IMG/VR virus record: IMGVR_UViG_3300021164_001175 | Location: 1 to 64,000 of that record | Source: a virus | Lineage: Duplodnaviria; Caudoviricetes | DNA length: 64,000 bases | Strand: one strand, 5' to 3' | Part shown: positions 9,996 to 19,203 of the stretch, piece by piece | How positions within the stretch are numbered: position 1 is the stretch's first letter | Layout of the letters: each line of letters begins with the position of its first letter | The notes under the pieces: model-generated | Told to the model about the DNA's origin: nothing | Databases searched by the model: none | Seen by the model: the letters and a program-made list of their open reading frames with translations, nothing else | Translations under genes and position numbers: made by a program

Positions 9996-10353
9996 TATAC
10001 CTACTTCTGTCCAGTTCGTCCATGGCTAGGTTCAAGGACTCGGTATCATCCTCCACCGTCATACCAAGTGGCAATATACTCCACCAAGGTCTGTGTAGTT
10101 TATCCTTGTACAGCTCTCGAGCAGACAGAATCTCGTCAAAAGATTTACCTATCTTCCCATTGATGTTGTAACCCTGAGCCATTCGTAGGTGGTAGTCCAG
10201 TTCTGCTAGGCGTTGAAGCAGTTTCTCGTACTCATACATCCAGTGCTCAGCTCTCCAAGCATTGGTGTACTTCTTTGGATATCCGTCTACTCTGAATTCA
10301 TTGTTTCTTTTTGGCGCCGTCGTCTTCTTGGTAGCCAGCTTTGCTTTAGCCAT
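9988..10353 (-). CDS. Hypothetical protein, paralog of 10346..10654
   Basis: Shared W-x-AE-x-W-x-YEYE...LD-x-HL...IN..IGK...AR-x-LY...RP pattern. Confidence 0.65.
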   Translation of the reverse strand: MAKAKLATKKTTAPKRNNEFRVDGYPKKYTNAWRAEHWMYEYEKLLQRLAELDYHLRMAQGYNINGKIGKSFDEILSARELYKDKLHRPWWSILPLGMTVEDDTESLNLAMDELDRSRYSG

Positions 10354-10654
10354 TGTCTTCCACCACCGTCAATAAATCTGCAGTCGGTCTATAGATTTGT
10401 CTTCTGTATAGACCTCTTGCTTTGTCGACTGCTTCTTTAATTTTTCCAATATTTTCATTGATGCAATACATCTCAGCAGTCAGGAGGTGTTTGTCTAAGT
10501 CCTTCAGGCTACGTCTCAGCATCTCATACTCGTAGTTCCAGTACTCTGCCCACCAAGCATCTGACCATTTCCTGGGTGCTCCAGATTTAGTTAACTTTTT
10601 CTTCTTTTTCTGCGCCGCCGTCGTCCCTGCAGTAGCCATCCGTGGTTTACCCAT
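10346..10654 (-). CDS. Hypothetical protein, paralog of 9988..10353
   Basis: Same shared pattern; Lys-rich N-terminus. Confidence 0.65.
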   Translation of the reverse strand: MGKPRMATAGTTAAQKKKKKLTKSGAPRKWSDAWWAEYWNYEYEMLRRSLKDLDKHLLTAEMYCINENIGKIKEAVDKARGLYRRQIYRPTADLLTVVEDNG

Positions 10655-10806
10655 TATCTTCCGCCACCGGTTCAACATGCATCAAATTCTCATCTTTATT
10701 ATTAAACAGGCATTGCTCGGACTCCATCATTGCCCGAATCACATCCATAATCTGGAGGTTCCTTGTAGTGCCGGCCTTTCCGCCGCCGTCATTTAAAAAT
10801 ACATTA

Positions 10807-11160
10807 CTAATCATGGGCGGGCTCTCGGAGGGCGAGGGCATTGGCTCTTGATATTTGTCCATTTCTTGCGGCTGCGTGTTCCTGAATGTTTCTTCTTTTC
10901 GCGCCGAGGTCAACCAAAACTTGGACCCCATCGGCCGTGATGCGCCATCTGTCCCCAGTATCGGTAATCAGGTATCGATTTGATACCAGTCCTCCCGCGG
11001 AGCGGAGAAAATTCTTATACTTTTCTCTTCTATTCAGCTGAAAGCCGGCGTAGTCCTCTGCAGTAAACCAGCCCCTGCGCATCCTGGCATAGCAAAGCAC
11101 TACATATGAGATGCTTCCCTCCACGAGGGTTGTCTTGCCTGGTCTATTCTTTCCCGTCAT
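10807..11160 (-). CDS. Winged-helix-like hypothetical protein
   Basis: LVSNRYLITDTGDRWRITADG wing motif; coupled to upstream gene (TGATG). Confidence 0.55.
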   Translation of the reverse strand: MTGKNRPGKTTLVEGSISYVVLCYARMRRGWFTAEDYAGFQLNRREKYKNFLRSAGGLVSNRYLITDTGDRWRITADGVQVLVDLGAKRRNIQEHAAARNGQISRANALALREPAHD

Positions 11161-11588
11161 CAGAATGGGTCCTTTCCACCACCGTCATTAAATGAGCCGG
11201 CGATTTCTCGGAAGTTTTCAATTTTTCCTGGGCGGAGGATGAGTTCGATGTCGTTGTATTGGATGTTCTGTCTGTTATCTCCCATGTGGAAATCGGATAG
11301 GGAACATCCTCTGATTGCCTCCATACAAGCTGTAATCCCATACTCTTTAATCCCTTCCGCAATATAGGCTTGTCGTAGTTGACTGAGGACCACATTATCC
11401 CGTTTGCCAAGAGTAGTTTTCCAGTAGACAAAGACTTGTTCAATTGCCGCCGGCGATATTTCCTTAATAAGTGCCGGCTTTGCCCGTCGTCTCCAGCCAT
11501 TTGATTTAGGTTCCTGCTTACGTGAGTCTTCAGCTCCGCGCATATTAGGAAACAGTTCATTTTGTTCGCTTTCCACCACCGTCACCAT
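11160..11588 (-). CDS. Replication-initiator (replisome organizer) C-terminal-domain-like protein
   Basis: IEQVFVYW...AIRGC..SDFHMGDN....YNDIELILR..KIENF pattern; start uncertain. Confidence 0.5.
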   Translation of the reverse strand: MVTVVESEQNELFPNMRGAEDSRKQEPKSNGWRRRAKPALIKEISPAAIEQVFVYWKTTLGKRDNVVLSQLRQAYIAEGIKEYGITACMEAIRGCSLSDFHMGDNRQNIQYNDIELILRPGKIENFREIAGSFNDGGGKDPF

Positions 11589-12233
11589 CCAATACTACCT
11601 TCGTAGTTCTTCAATGTCAAACGAATCCATTGAATCAAAACCCATTGTTTAATACTTTGGAAGGGTTCCAGGGAAACCTTTGACTTCCAGAGCTTTTGTG
11701 TGGGTACGACTTTATGTAGGACCTGTGAAAACAGGCCGTGTTCTACTCGGTGGATGTGGCGCCACTCGTTTGTGCAGGGTACGGTAGCGCGTGGGTGTAG
11801 TACGAAACGCTGCGTTTGATAATATACTTCTGATATATCACGGACACCCTTTCCGCCACCGTCATTTAAATAAAATGCTTGAGACCCTAGACCGGATAGG
11901 GGTGCGAGATTCTCAAAAAAGTTATCTTTTTGTGAAATTCTGGGGGCCTTGAACAAAGCGCACCTGGGTGTCTTCAAAAAGTTGTACTTTTTAACAATTT
12001 TCTGGCGACCCGGTAAAATCCGATGGGGTTCTGAGCCGGCAATAGTTGCACGGAAACCTATATTTTTTATGGCATTATTTCTACTGCCAGGAAAACTTAG
12101 GGCTTTACCCCCTTTCTCCTTAGGTTCCCCTTGGTGAAGTAACAAACTCCCCCAGGGTTCAGAGAACGAGAAGCGGTTTTTTGGTGGCGCGACTAACGTC
12201 TCCCCTGGGGGGTTTTGCTTTCCGTCACCGTCA

Positions 12234-12596
12234 TTAAAAAACCCAGCTATTAGGAGGGGACGATTCGACTTTGTCCGCAATCCGCTGAACCATATCTTCG
12301 AGAAGATTGTTCCATCTGGCCTGTTGTTCGTCCCTATCATAGGATTCCGTTTCTTCTATTAGTTTTGAAATGGTCTCTACTGAGTAAGCAGCTATATATG
12401 TTCCGTCTTCAGCGCCGGCAAAAAGCACCGGTTCTTCTTCGTTTGCAATTGCCATCTGGGGGACATGGATAGCTTTGTATACATTCGTCCCATCAGATGC
12501 CACAAATAAAACATTGTGTTTTAATTCTTTATTAATCTCCTCGATTTCATTTAGCATACGGGGAAATACTCCGTCTTCAAACTCCATATCTTCCAT
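12234..12596 (-). CDS. Acidic hypothetical protein
   Basis: AAGGA RBS overlapping the polar repeat; start MEDMEF. Confidence 0.6.
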   Translation of the reverse strand: MEDMEFEDGVFPRMLNEIEEINKELKHNVLFVASDGTNVYKAIHVPQMAIANEEEPVLFAGAEDGTYIAAYSVETISKLIEETESYDRDEQQARWNNLLEDMVQRIADKVESSPPNSWVF

Positions 12597-12681
12597 TTTA
12601 TTTTCCTTTCCGCCACCGTCAATAAATCTGGCATCATCATAGTAGGATGAAGCCCACGAGCATTTCCTGGCAAACATACGT

Positions 12682-12993
12682 TTGGAGAAAATTTTGAACA
12701 ATTCATCATCATTCCGGAGACCGGGCAGCTTCAGCGCGAACGAACGTTTCGCTCGACCTGAAGAGAAGAGCGGTGGAACTTTAGTGGCTGTCGTATTGGG
12801 CTTCTCACTCACCGTGCTTGTGAATGCTGGAGTAGCTTGGTACTTCTTGCGCGTCCTGAAGAGCGTTGGGGCGATTGACTGGAGCCTCTCATGGAGGCAA
12901 CTGACAAGCCTGGCGGCTCTCATAACGATTCTCCGATTGTGGAATAGTGCGATTGATGCGACTCAGACACGAGGGAACTCTAAGAAGGCATAG
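12682..12993 (+). CDS. Small two-TM membrane protein
   Basis: Two hydrophobic segments. Confidence 0.5.
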   Translation: MEKILNNSSSFRRPGSFSANERFARPEEKSGGTLVAVVLGFSLTVLVNAGVAWYFLRVLKSVGAIDWSLSWRQLTSLAALITILRLWNSAIDATQTRGNSKKA

Positions 12994-13107
12994 AACGTTC
13001 CATCATTAGTTCTGTCAATCGTTCTAATAACCCATCCTCGCTTTAGTTCTTGGTCAATCATCTCCACGAATGTAGATGCATGAGTCCCAGTTAGGTAGTT
13101 GAGATTA

Positions 13108-13368
13108 TCAGCCATGACTGGTCATCTCGCCGCGTTCGATTGCTCCGCGCACTTCGCGCATCGCTTCTTGTAGCTCTTCTTGGAATACATTCCATATGTA
13201 ATCGTTCCCGAGGATGTAACCACCCAGCAGGGAGATGTCTGCATCGGAACGACCGAGCCACCATTTAGCTTGCTCGCTGTTTTCATAGAGAGCACTCTCT
13301 TCAAGTTCCACCCGGATATCGCGTGGCATGAATGAAATGATTAGTGAACTATCTACTTCTTCTTTCAT
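13108..13368 (-). CDS. Hypothetical protein
   Basis: AAGGA RBS; upstream TTGGCA-17bp-TATAGT promoter-like site. Confidence 0.6.
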   Translation of the reverse strand: MKEEVDSSLIISFMPRDIRVELEESALYENSEQAKWWLGRSDADISLLGGYILGNDYIWNVFQEELQEAMREVRGAIERGEMTSHG

Positions 13369-13430
13369 GTCTATTTCCTTTGTTCAATAATAATTGATAT
13401 GACTATATCCCCATGTTTTTTATTTGCCAA

Positions 13431-13503
13431 CTGGGATGTCGAGAATATTCCCGACACCCCAGCAGCCGGTGTTGAGCGAGAGGGGGTAACTTCTTCGCTC
13501 AAC
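13431..13503 (-). terminator. Two adjacent stem-loops downstream of the vWA gene
   Basis: CTGGGATGTCG...CGACACCCCAG and GTTGAGCGAGAG...CTTCGCTCAAC inverted repeats. Confidence 0.5.
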
Positions 13504-13508
13504 ACACA

Positions 13509-15008
13509 TCAGTTGGGTAGTTGCCTACCTTCCAAATTGTGATATGTCCGTTGGAACACGGATGGCCAACTTCGCTTTGGCTTGTGTCCGTTCTTCATCT
13601 TGCCCAATATCTCTACGGCTTCTTCAACATGAGGAAGAATAATGACATTGTGTTTGAGTGAAGTTTTTATGCACTGCATGGTGAGAGTGTCATTCATGTT
13701 GTCGTGCTGTCCAGTGACTCCACCGTCTGTCACCCATATCACTGGAGTTGACGAACGTTGCTTTTGTTTGATTGCCCATTCAAGTGCAGGGTGGTCAACA
13801 CCATTGCCACCACCTGCTCTTGGCAGAGAGTCGCACATCTTGCCTTTCTCTGCAAGAATCCACAAGTTCGTGGAGTCACTGCGACTCACCGTTGAATACA
13901 TCGCCACGGTGCAACCGGGACTTGCTTCAACAATTCTGCGAATTTGGTCGTGAGTGAATGACATTGAACCACTTGCATCAATCAATACGACTCCACCCAT
14001 TCCACGAATCGTTCTGTCAAACACTCGCTTCTGTGGGTCAGTGAGCAAGCGATGCATACGGCGAGGATTGCGACCAGTATCACTGGCAACCTTTCGCTTA
14101 CCGAGATTGCCTCGCGTTAGTTTTGGCATTGGTAGTCGCTCAACTTGAAGTTCAACCCAAGTTGGAACTCGAGACGATGCAGTTGTTGCAGACACATCAG
14201 ATATTTTTCGTGGAGTGCCAGTTCCCTCTTTGGCTTTTTCAGTGCCAGTGTGCTTTGGCTTTACCACTGCATCTTTCTTGGAATCTGCACCACCCTCTGC
14301 ACTGCCCTCTGCTTCGCCTGATTCAGACTTGCCTGATTCAGTTTCTTCTTCGGGCTCATCATCAGGATTGAATTGTGCAAGACGGTCAATCCATTCTGCA
14401 ACTCTTTCAGTGTGAATAAACCCAAGTGGATACAGGCCACTGGCTTTCTCAATTTCGGTTGAAGCAAGAGTGCCAGTCTTGAATGACTTATCCATTTCTT
14501 TTATTGCTTGCTTGCCGATTGTGAGAAGCATCTTGCCCCACTTGCGATTGCCACGGCGAACACCAGTGAGGAATGACTTATGCGATGCAGTGCCTGCAGT
14601 GGCGATGCACATATGCACTGCTGCCACCCAATCATCTGTTGCAGATACTCGCTCACCGTCTGCAGTTTCGCTTCCGTCTGTCAAGTGTGACTTCATATTG
14701 AAGCCTGCCTTGCCACATAGATAGTTGACTCGCAATTCTTCAGCAACGATAAGTGCTTTTTGGGAAGCGAGTCCTCTCGAAATCCACTGTGCAAAGTCGT
14801 GAGCTGGCGATACCTTCGCGTGCATCATCTCGTGAGCACGAATAGCACGAGCAACGTCAGTATCGTGAGACGGAGCAAGCATCTGCCTGTCCACGATATT
14901 GGTTGACGGAATGCCTCGCTTTGGCTCGCAAGAATCAACTTGCCAGTTCCCCACTCCCACATCTTTGCGAGAGAGAAGTTCGGGATGAGGTGTATGAGTC
15001 GGTGCCAT
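13509..15008 (-). CDS. HExxH + von Willebrand factor A domain protein (CobT/MoxR-partner-like)
   Basis: HEMMH; acidic linker; MIDAS motif VLIDASGSM; WVTDG. Confidence 0.85.
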   Translation of the reverse strand: MAPTHTPHPELLSRKDVGVGNWQVDSCEPKRGIPSTNIVDRQMLAPSHDTDVARAIRAHEMMHAKVSPAHDFAQWISRGLASQKALIVAEELRVNYLCGKAGFNMKSHLTDGSETADGERVSATDDWVAAVHMCIATAGTASHKSFLTGVRRGNRKWGKMLLTIGKQAIKEMDKSFKTGTLASTEIEKASGLYPLGFIHTERVAEWIDRLAQFNPDDEPEEETESGKSESGEAEGSAEGGADSKKDAVVKPKHTGTEKAKEGTGTPRKISDVSATTASSRVPTWVELQVERLPMPKLTRGNLGKRKVASDTGRNPRRMHRLLTDPQKRVFDRTIRGMGGVVLIDASGSMSFTHDQIRRIVEASPGCTVAMYSTVSRSDSTNLWILAEKGKMCDSLPRAGGGNGVDHPALEWAIKQKQRSSTPVIWVTDGGVTGQHDNMNDTLTMQCIKTSLKHNVIILPHVEEAVEILGKMKNGHKPKRSWPSVFQRTYHNLEGRQLPN

Positions 15009-15739
15009 TACTTCGCCACCGATTCAATCGCAATCGCATCAAGGATTGATTGTGCTCTGTCCTTGAATACCATTTGGGCTGCTCGCTCAATTCCGAGATT
15101 CATGCGAACCTTGTCAAAGTCGTAGAATGCTCTCAACGAAATTCGACGCTCGCCAGCATCAGCCGAACGAATCGCAAGTTCTCGCAAGTCAGGCGAGAGT
15201 CGCTTCAATGCATTCGGGTGAGGTTGATTGATACGGATTGAGACAGGGAATCTATCCGAGAGTGCAGTTGGCAGTTCTCGCATATCTTCAATGTTGGTAG
15301 TCATGACTGCACTGAATCCAGCGAGTGGTGAATATCGCTTGCCAGTTGACGGATGCTCCCACGATGCTGATTCAGGTGAATCAAGCATTGCAAGAAGTTG
15401 GGCAGCCACATCGCCACCAGCCTTGTCAATCTCGTCTACTACAAGTCGTCCACCTTTGACAGCATCACCATTCCATGCTTTCATCGCTGAACCGAATTGC
15501 CAGTTGTATCCACCGTTTGCATCTTGAATGAAGCAACCAGTTACATCTGCTGTTGTCATGTCCTCGGTGCATACCAATCGGTGAGCACCTGCTTCAACAT
15601 CGCCCATTGACAATCCTGCGAATGTCTTGCCAGTTCCCGGAGGCCCAAACAAGATGATTCGGTCAATGCCCGATGCCATTGCATCTTCTAAGTCTTGCCA
15701 GCACTGTGGCAAGGTTGTGAGTGTTTCTGTTGCAGTCAT
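15008..15739 (-). CDS. MoxR/CbbQ-like AAA+ ATPase (AAA_5)
   Basis: Walker A GPPGTGKT, Walker B LVVDEIDKA, TTN sensor, ALSDRF. Confidence 0.9.
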   Translation of the reverse strand: MTATETLTTLPQCWQDLEDAMASGIDRIILFGPPGTGKTFAGLSMGDVEAGAHRLVCTEDMTTADVTGCFIQDANGGYNWQFGSAMKAWNGDAVKGGRLVVDEIDKAGGDVAAQLLAMLDSPESASWEHPSTGKRYSPLAGFSAVMTTNIEDMRELPTALSDRFPVSIRINQPHPNALKRLSPDLRELAIRSADAGERRISLRAFYDFDKVRMNLGIERAAQMVFKDRAQSILDAIAIESVAK

Positions 15740-15783
15740 TTTTGTTACCCCTTTTGGTCTAGTTGATTATTCCTGCACCCCTG

Positions 15784-15817
15784 AATTTAGTAAATAGGGA
15801 TACCCTTTTTGGCGATT
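15784..15817 (-). promoter_or_regulatory. 34-bp phage promoter-like element, copy 1
   Basis: AATCGCCAAAAAGGGTATCCCTATTTAC-TAAATT upstream of AAA ATPase. Confidence 0.75.
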
Positions 15818-15853
15818 GTAAATACCCCAGCAAACACTGGGGTATCGACACAA

Positions 15854-16486
15854 CTACATCACCAATAACGCGTCACGTGCATTCTCCACTGCGAGATAGA
15901 AACTGTCGTAGTGGTCATCTTCTTTGTCGTCACTGTATGGAACGAAATCAAACTTTGCAGCACCGATTTCAATACTTCCACTAGTTGAATCAACATCAAG
16001 ACTGTATGAATTCAACAATTCGCCGTCTCGCATTTCTTGTAATCCCATGAAACCCATCCCGAGCTCTTCATAGACAATTCGGAATGTAAGTGTTGGATAC
16101 TTTGCAGATAGTTTTTCTATCAGTTCAATCGGTGGTCCCCATGCAGTGTCGAATGCATAGACAAGTTCTGTTGGTGCTTCATATACCAACTGTGTCTCAC
16201 AGTCACTCCACTTAGTTCCCCAGTTCGCAATAGACCAGTCGTACCAATCTTTGAAACCATATTTCTGACGATTGAGTTCGTACTGCTCTTCGCGCTTGGC
16301 CTGAACATCTGCGTCGCCGGCCCAACCCGATACAGTTTCTGCCAACTCTTTTGGGCATGGATAGTGATTGACGATTTTCAAACTCTCGCTTGCTGTTTCG
16401 TCTTGGACGATAACTATCTTCGCAAATTCTGCAATAAGTTTTTCGTCGCCGGTAATTTTGAGATTGTTGTTGCACCAGTTAGGCAT
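15854..16486 (-). CDS. YubB/DUF1281-like ferredoxin-fold protein
   Basis: MPNWCNN start; DWYDW...NWGTKW; FDTAWGPP; YEELG. Confidence 0.75.
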   Translation of the reverse strand: MPNWCNNNLKITGDEKLIAEFAKIVIVQDETASESLKIVNHYPCPKELAETVSGWAGDADVQAKREEQYELNRQKYGFKDWYDWSIANWGTKWSDCETQLVYEAPTELVYAFDTAWGPPIELIEKLSAKYPTLTFRIVYEELGMGFMGLQEMRDGELLNSYSLDVDSTSGSIEIGAAKFDFVPYSDDKEDDHYDSFYLAVENARDALLVM

Positions 16487-16898
16487 AAGTCACCACCCCA
16501 TGCTGCACAGTCATTGACTTGCCATCAAATACCCATCTCCACTTTTCGCCATCTTCGCCTTCCCAGTAGATGAACGACTTGTCCTCTACGAGATGACCGA
16601 TTGCGCGGAAGAACAATTCCTCTTGACCAATCTTGCTGTCATATTCGAGGTGGATGATATCCCCAGTGGGTTTATCAAACTCAGCATGAAACCCCAATGC
16701 ATCAAGTATCGCTATGAAGTCTGTGCAGGTCTCGGGATAGTTTGCATCCATCCAAGAGAACCATCTTTCGTTATTCCCCCCACCTCGCTTCTCGCTATCG
16801 GGAAGATTGTTGAGTTCGCACATAAGACGATAAGCCTCATCAAAGTTCTTCTTCTTCATTCTGAATGGCAGACATTCTGCCCTGACGTAGTAACCCAT
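16479..16898 (-). CDS. Hypothetical protein
   Basis: GGAG RBS; start MGYYVRAE; WEGEDGEKWRW. Confidence 0.65.
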   Translation of the reverse strand: MGYYVRAECLPFRMKKKNFDEAYRLMCELNNLPDSEKRGGGNNERWFSWMDANYPETCTDFIAILDALGFHAEFDKPTGDIIHLEYDSKIGQEELFFRAIGHLVEDKSFIYWEGEDGEKWRWVFDGKSMTVQHGVVTYA

Positions 16899-17018
16899 TA
16901 TGTTTCTCCGATTTCTAGTAGTTGGTACTTCGGTTCGGTTGAGCAAGTTTCTTCTATGTTGGTGGCTTGTAATTTCTCCCCAACTCTCCGAAACTCTGCC
17001 CAACCAAACCTTGATTGG

Positions 17019-17052
17019 ATATTAGTAAATAGGGATAGTTATTTTGGCGATT
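17019..17052 (-). promoter_or_regulatory. 34-bp element, copy 2, directly abutting a polar repeat
   Basis: AATCGCCAAAATAACTATCCCTATTTAC-TAATAT. Confidence 0.7.
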
Positions 17053-17254
17053 GCTTTCCGCCACCGTCAATAATAAATTGACCAGCTCGTTCAGTGCCGG
17101 CCACCGCCCTGGCGAACGTGTGTTCGCTTTCCGGACCGAACGTCTGTTCGCCCATCAGCTTGTGCGCTAGTTCATGCCGGTCGCCAAATACGGGGTGAGA
17201 CAATATGTCTTCCCCGTACTTGGCAATCAGCAATTCTCGAGTTGATTTATCCAT
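17039..17254 (-). CDS. Hypothetical protein
   Basis: Operon context. Confidence 0.5.
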   Translation of the reverse strand: MDKSTRELLIAKYGEDILSHPVFGDRHELAHKLMGEQTFGPESEHTFARAVAGTERAGQFIIDGGGKQSPK

Positions 17255-17474
17255 TGACGAATACCTGTGTCGCCATTGGTGTCATCTCGTAGACCATGTA
17301 ACCCGTCTCGTCTTGTGCGATACCAGTAACCCACATAGAGCGAGTGCCGTTACTTGCCCATGAGAAATCGCCAACTTTTACTTTGACGCTTTCTATGGCT
17401 TGTGACACTGCCTGGTTTTCATCATGAGCATTTACATCTTGTGTAACCATTGTCGTGATGCGATAGGTCTTCAT
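17247..17474 (-). CDS. Hypothetical protein
   Basis: Coupled (TAATG) to XRE gene. Confidence 0.55.
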   Translation of the reverse strand: MKTYRITTMVTQDVNAHDENQAVSQAIESVKVKVGDFSWASNGTRSMWVTGIAQDETGYMVYEMTPMATQVFVNG

Positions 17475-17707
17475 TACTTTCCTTTTTTCATCTTGATAAC
17501 AACATCTGCATTGAGCACGTCAAGAATTCGAGTGAGTGTCTCAAACGATGGCGAGAAGCGATTGTTCTCAATGCGATTTACTGTCTTTCGGTCTACGCCG
17601 GCGCGTTGTGCCAGTGCATCTTGAGATAGTTCACGGTGTACCCGTGCTTCTTTGATGATTGCTGCTAATTGCTTTTTGCCTTTTTTTACCAATGTCTTTG
17701 ATGGCAT
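17474..17707 (-). CDS. XRE-family helix-turn-helix regulator
   Basis: IKEARVHRELSQDALAQRAGVDRKTVNRIENNRFSPS. Confidence 0.9.
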   Translation of the reverse strand: MPSKTLVKKGKKQLAAIIKEARVHRELSQDALAQRAGVDRKTVNRIENNRFSPSFETLTRILDVLNADVVIKMKKGK

Positions 17708-17785
17708 GATTGCCCCTTTTCTGTTAGTTGCTTTTATGGTATTCAGGTGAGCAGGTATATTCCAACCTGCCCACTCGAAATATGT

Positions 17786-18085
17786 TTAGTCTCTGTTTTT
17801 CAGTGTCGCTTGACAGGCTTTTACAAAGTCAATGGACAGTAGATGTTCCCTGCCCTCGTAATGTTTTGGCGACAAGGCCCACTTGAGCCATCGGTCAAAA
17901 TCACGAAGCATTGGGTTATCTGTTTCGCTTGGGTCAAGGTAGCTCTTTACAAAATGTGGAAGAGTTGTCAATCCAAGTTGTTCCATGAGTCCGACAATCG
18001 TAATCATTCGGTAACCCATCATTATTGCCAATTCGTCATAGGTCATGTCCGATGGGACCGGCTCGCCCATTCTCTCGCTTGTCAC
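17786..18085 (-). CDS. Hypothetical protein
   Basis: GTGA coupling to upstream gene. Confidence 0.5.
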   Translation of the reverse strand: MTSERMGEPVPSDMTYDELAIMMGYRMITIVGLMEQLGLTTLPHFVKSYLDPSETDNPMLRDFDRWLKWALSPKHYEGREHLLSIDFVKACQATLKNRD

Positions 18086-18564
18086 GAGTTCACCTCAACT
18101 TCCTTGTGAACCAATGACACAATCTCCGAATTAGGGATTGCCTCTGCAAATACGGTCTCGTAGAGATTTACTCCGAGAATCCAATTATCTAGGAAGCCGT
18201 CACTGGCGAGTCGTACTGCATCTCCGTAGTGATACTTTGCTCGTAGCAATACTGCCGTGACTAATTGGTCGTATGGCTTGTGAGCCGTCTTGCAAAAATC
18301 AAACGTTTCACCTTCATACTGCCTGTCGATTGTTGGTATCGCTTGCCAAATAAATGATTCGTGAGACTCTGCCCGATAACCATTGAAAGCAAATCTGCCT
18401 TCATTGAATTCGTAGCCGTCAAGAGTTTCTCCACTCCAATCAGCTACAAGCAAGCCGCGAGACTTCGCTTCGTCCAGTAGTAACTTCGCATCTAGTGCCA
18501 GCCGTCCGTACTGCTCTGCAGTATTTAGTTCAGGCTTGCGATACCAGTAATGTGTATAACCCAT
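18082..18564 (-). CDS. Conserved phage hypothetical protein (MGYTHYW...FCKTAHKPYD)
   Basis: AAGGAG RBS; upstream TTGACA-17bp-TAAGTT promoter. Confidence 0.7.
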   Translation of the reverse strand: MGYTHYWYRKPELNTAEQYGRLALDAKLLLDEAKSRGLLVADWSGETLDGYEFNEGRFAFNGYRAESHESFIWQAIPTIDRQYEGETFDFCKTAHKPYDQLVTAVLLRAKYHYGDAVRLASDGFLDNWILGVNLYETVFAEAIPNSEIVSLVHKEVEVNS

Positions 18565-18624
18565 AATCTTTCTCCTTGTCTAGTAAGTGGTACAAACTTA
18601 GTTCAGTGAAATCCATTTGTCAAA

Positions 18625-19140
18625 TCAGCAGATAGAGAACCCACCACTGTCTTTGAGGAATGAAGCGAACTCCATCACGTTCTCTGTCGTGAATGGATAA
18701 CTAGCCTCAAACGATTCGTTCCTGCCGAGTCCACGACATGCATTGCAAGTGCCGTGAGTGCGGCCAACCACGACAGCGATAGTGGAATCCAATTCTTTAG
18801 TTGGCATTCCCATCTCAACACCAACTTCGTCAGTGCGAACTCCGGTGCCGTCACAATAATTGCAATCGTTTAGAGGTAGCGAGGCAATGTATTCGTTGTA
18901 TTTTTTCTCGTATGCAGATACGACTCCGTTATCGACATCGCGTTGTAGCAATGTTCCCAATTCGTAACTGTCTTCTTCGTCAAGACCAAAGCCACTATTG
19001 CTGTGCCAGTCTTCGCAATTCGCAGCAACGTCGTAAGTGTCCTCAATGAATGAGGCCAGTGGTCGCCACCACCAAACATTGTTACGGAAGTATTCGCCTT
19101 TTTCCGTTTTTGCATTCTTCCCATAAACGTCCATACCCAT
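18625..19140 (-). CDS. Hypothetical protein with DnaJ-like CxxCxGxG zinc motifs
   Basis: MGMDVY...FRNNVWWWRPL; CNYCDGTG, CNACRGLG; AAGGAG RBS. Confidence 0.7.
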   Translation of the reverse strand: MGMDVYGKNAKTEKGEYFRNNVWWWRPLASFIEDTYDVAANCEDWHSNSGFGLDEEDSYELGTLLQRDVDNGVVSAYEKKYNEYIASLPLNDCNYCDGTGVRTDEVGVEMGMPTKELDSTIAVVVGRTHGTCNACRGLGRNESFEASYPFTTENVMEFASFLKDSGGFSIC

Positions 19141-19169
19141 AATTTTTCTCCTTAGTAGTAGGTAATTTG

Positions 19170-19203
19170 ATAGTAACAAATAGGGATTTACTTTTTGGCG
19201 ATT
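19170..19203 (-). promoter_or_regulatory. 34-bp element, copy 3
   Basis: AATCGCCAAAAAGTAAATCCCTATTTGT-TACTAT then ACCTACTA leader and AAGGAG. Confidence 0.75.

Larger units (their letters stand above)
9655..17073 (-). repeat. Dispersed polar repeat, minus-strand consensus TTTA(A/T)TGACGGTGG(C/T)GGAAAG
   Basis: Copies near 10356, 10776, 11172, 11569, 11849, 12218, 12606, 17054; partial copies at 9655, 10046, 10657; all in one orientation. Confidence 0.85.

Noticed and set aside
11582-12340. 252-aa ORF containing NDGGGK repeats
   Set aside because: The peptide repeats are explained by the DNA motif; composition is atypical and there is no clear start signal.
15797-15807. AGGGTATCCCT dyad inside the 34-bp element as an operator
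   Set aside because: The GGG half varies across copies (GCC, GTA, GTG, GGT), so the symmetry is not conserved.
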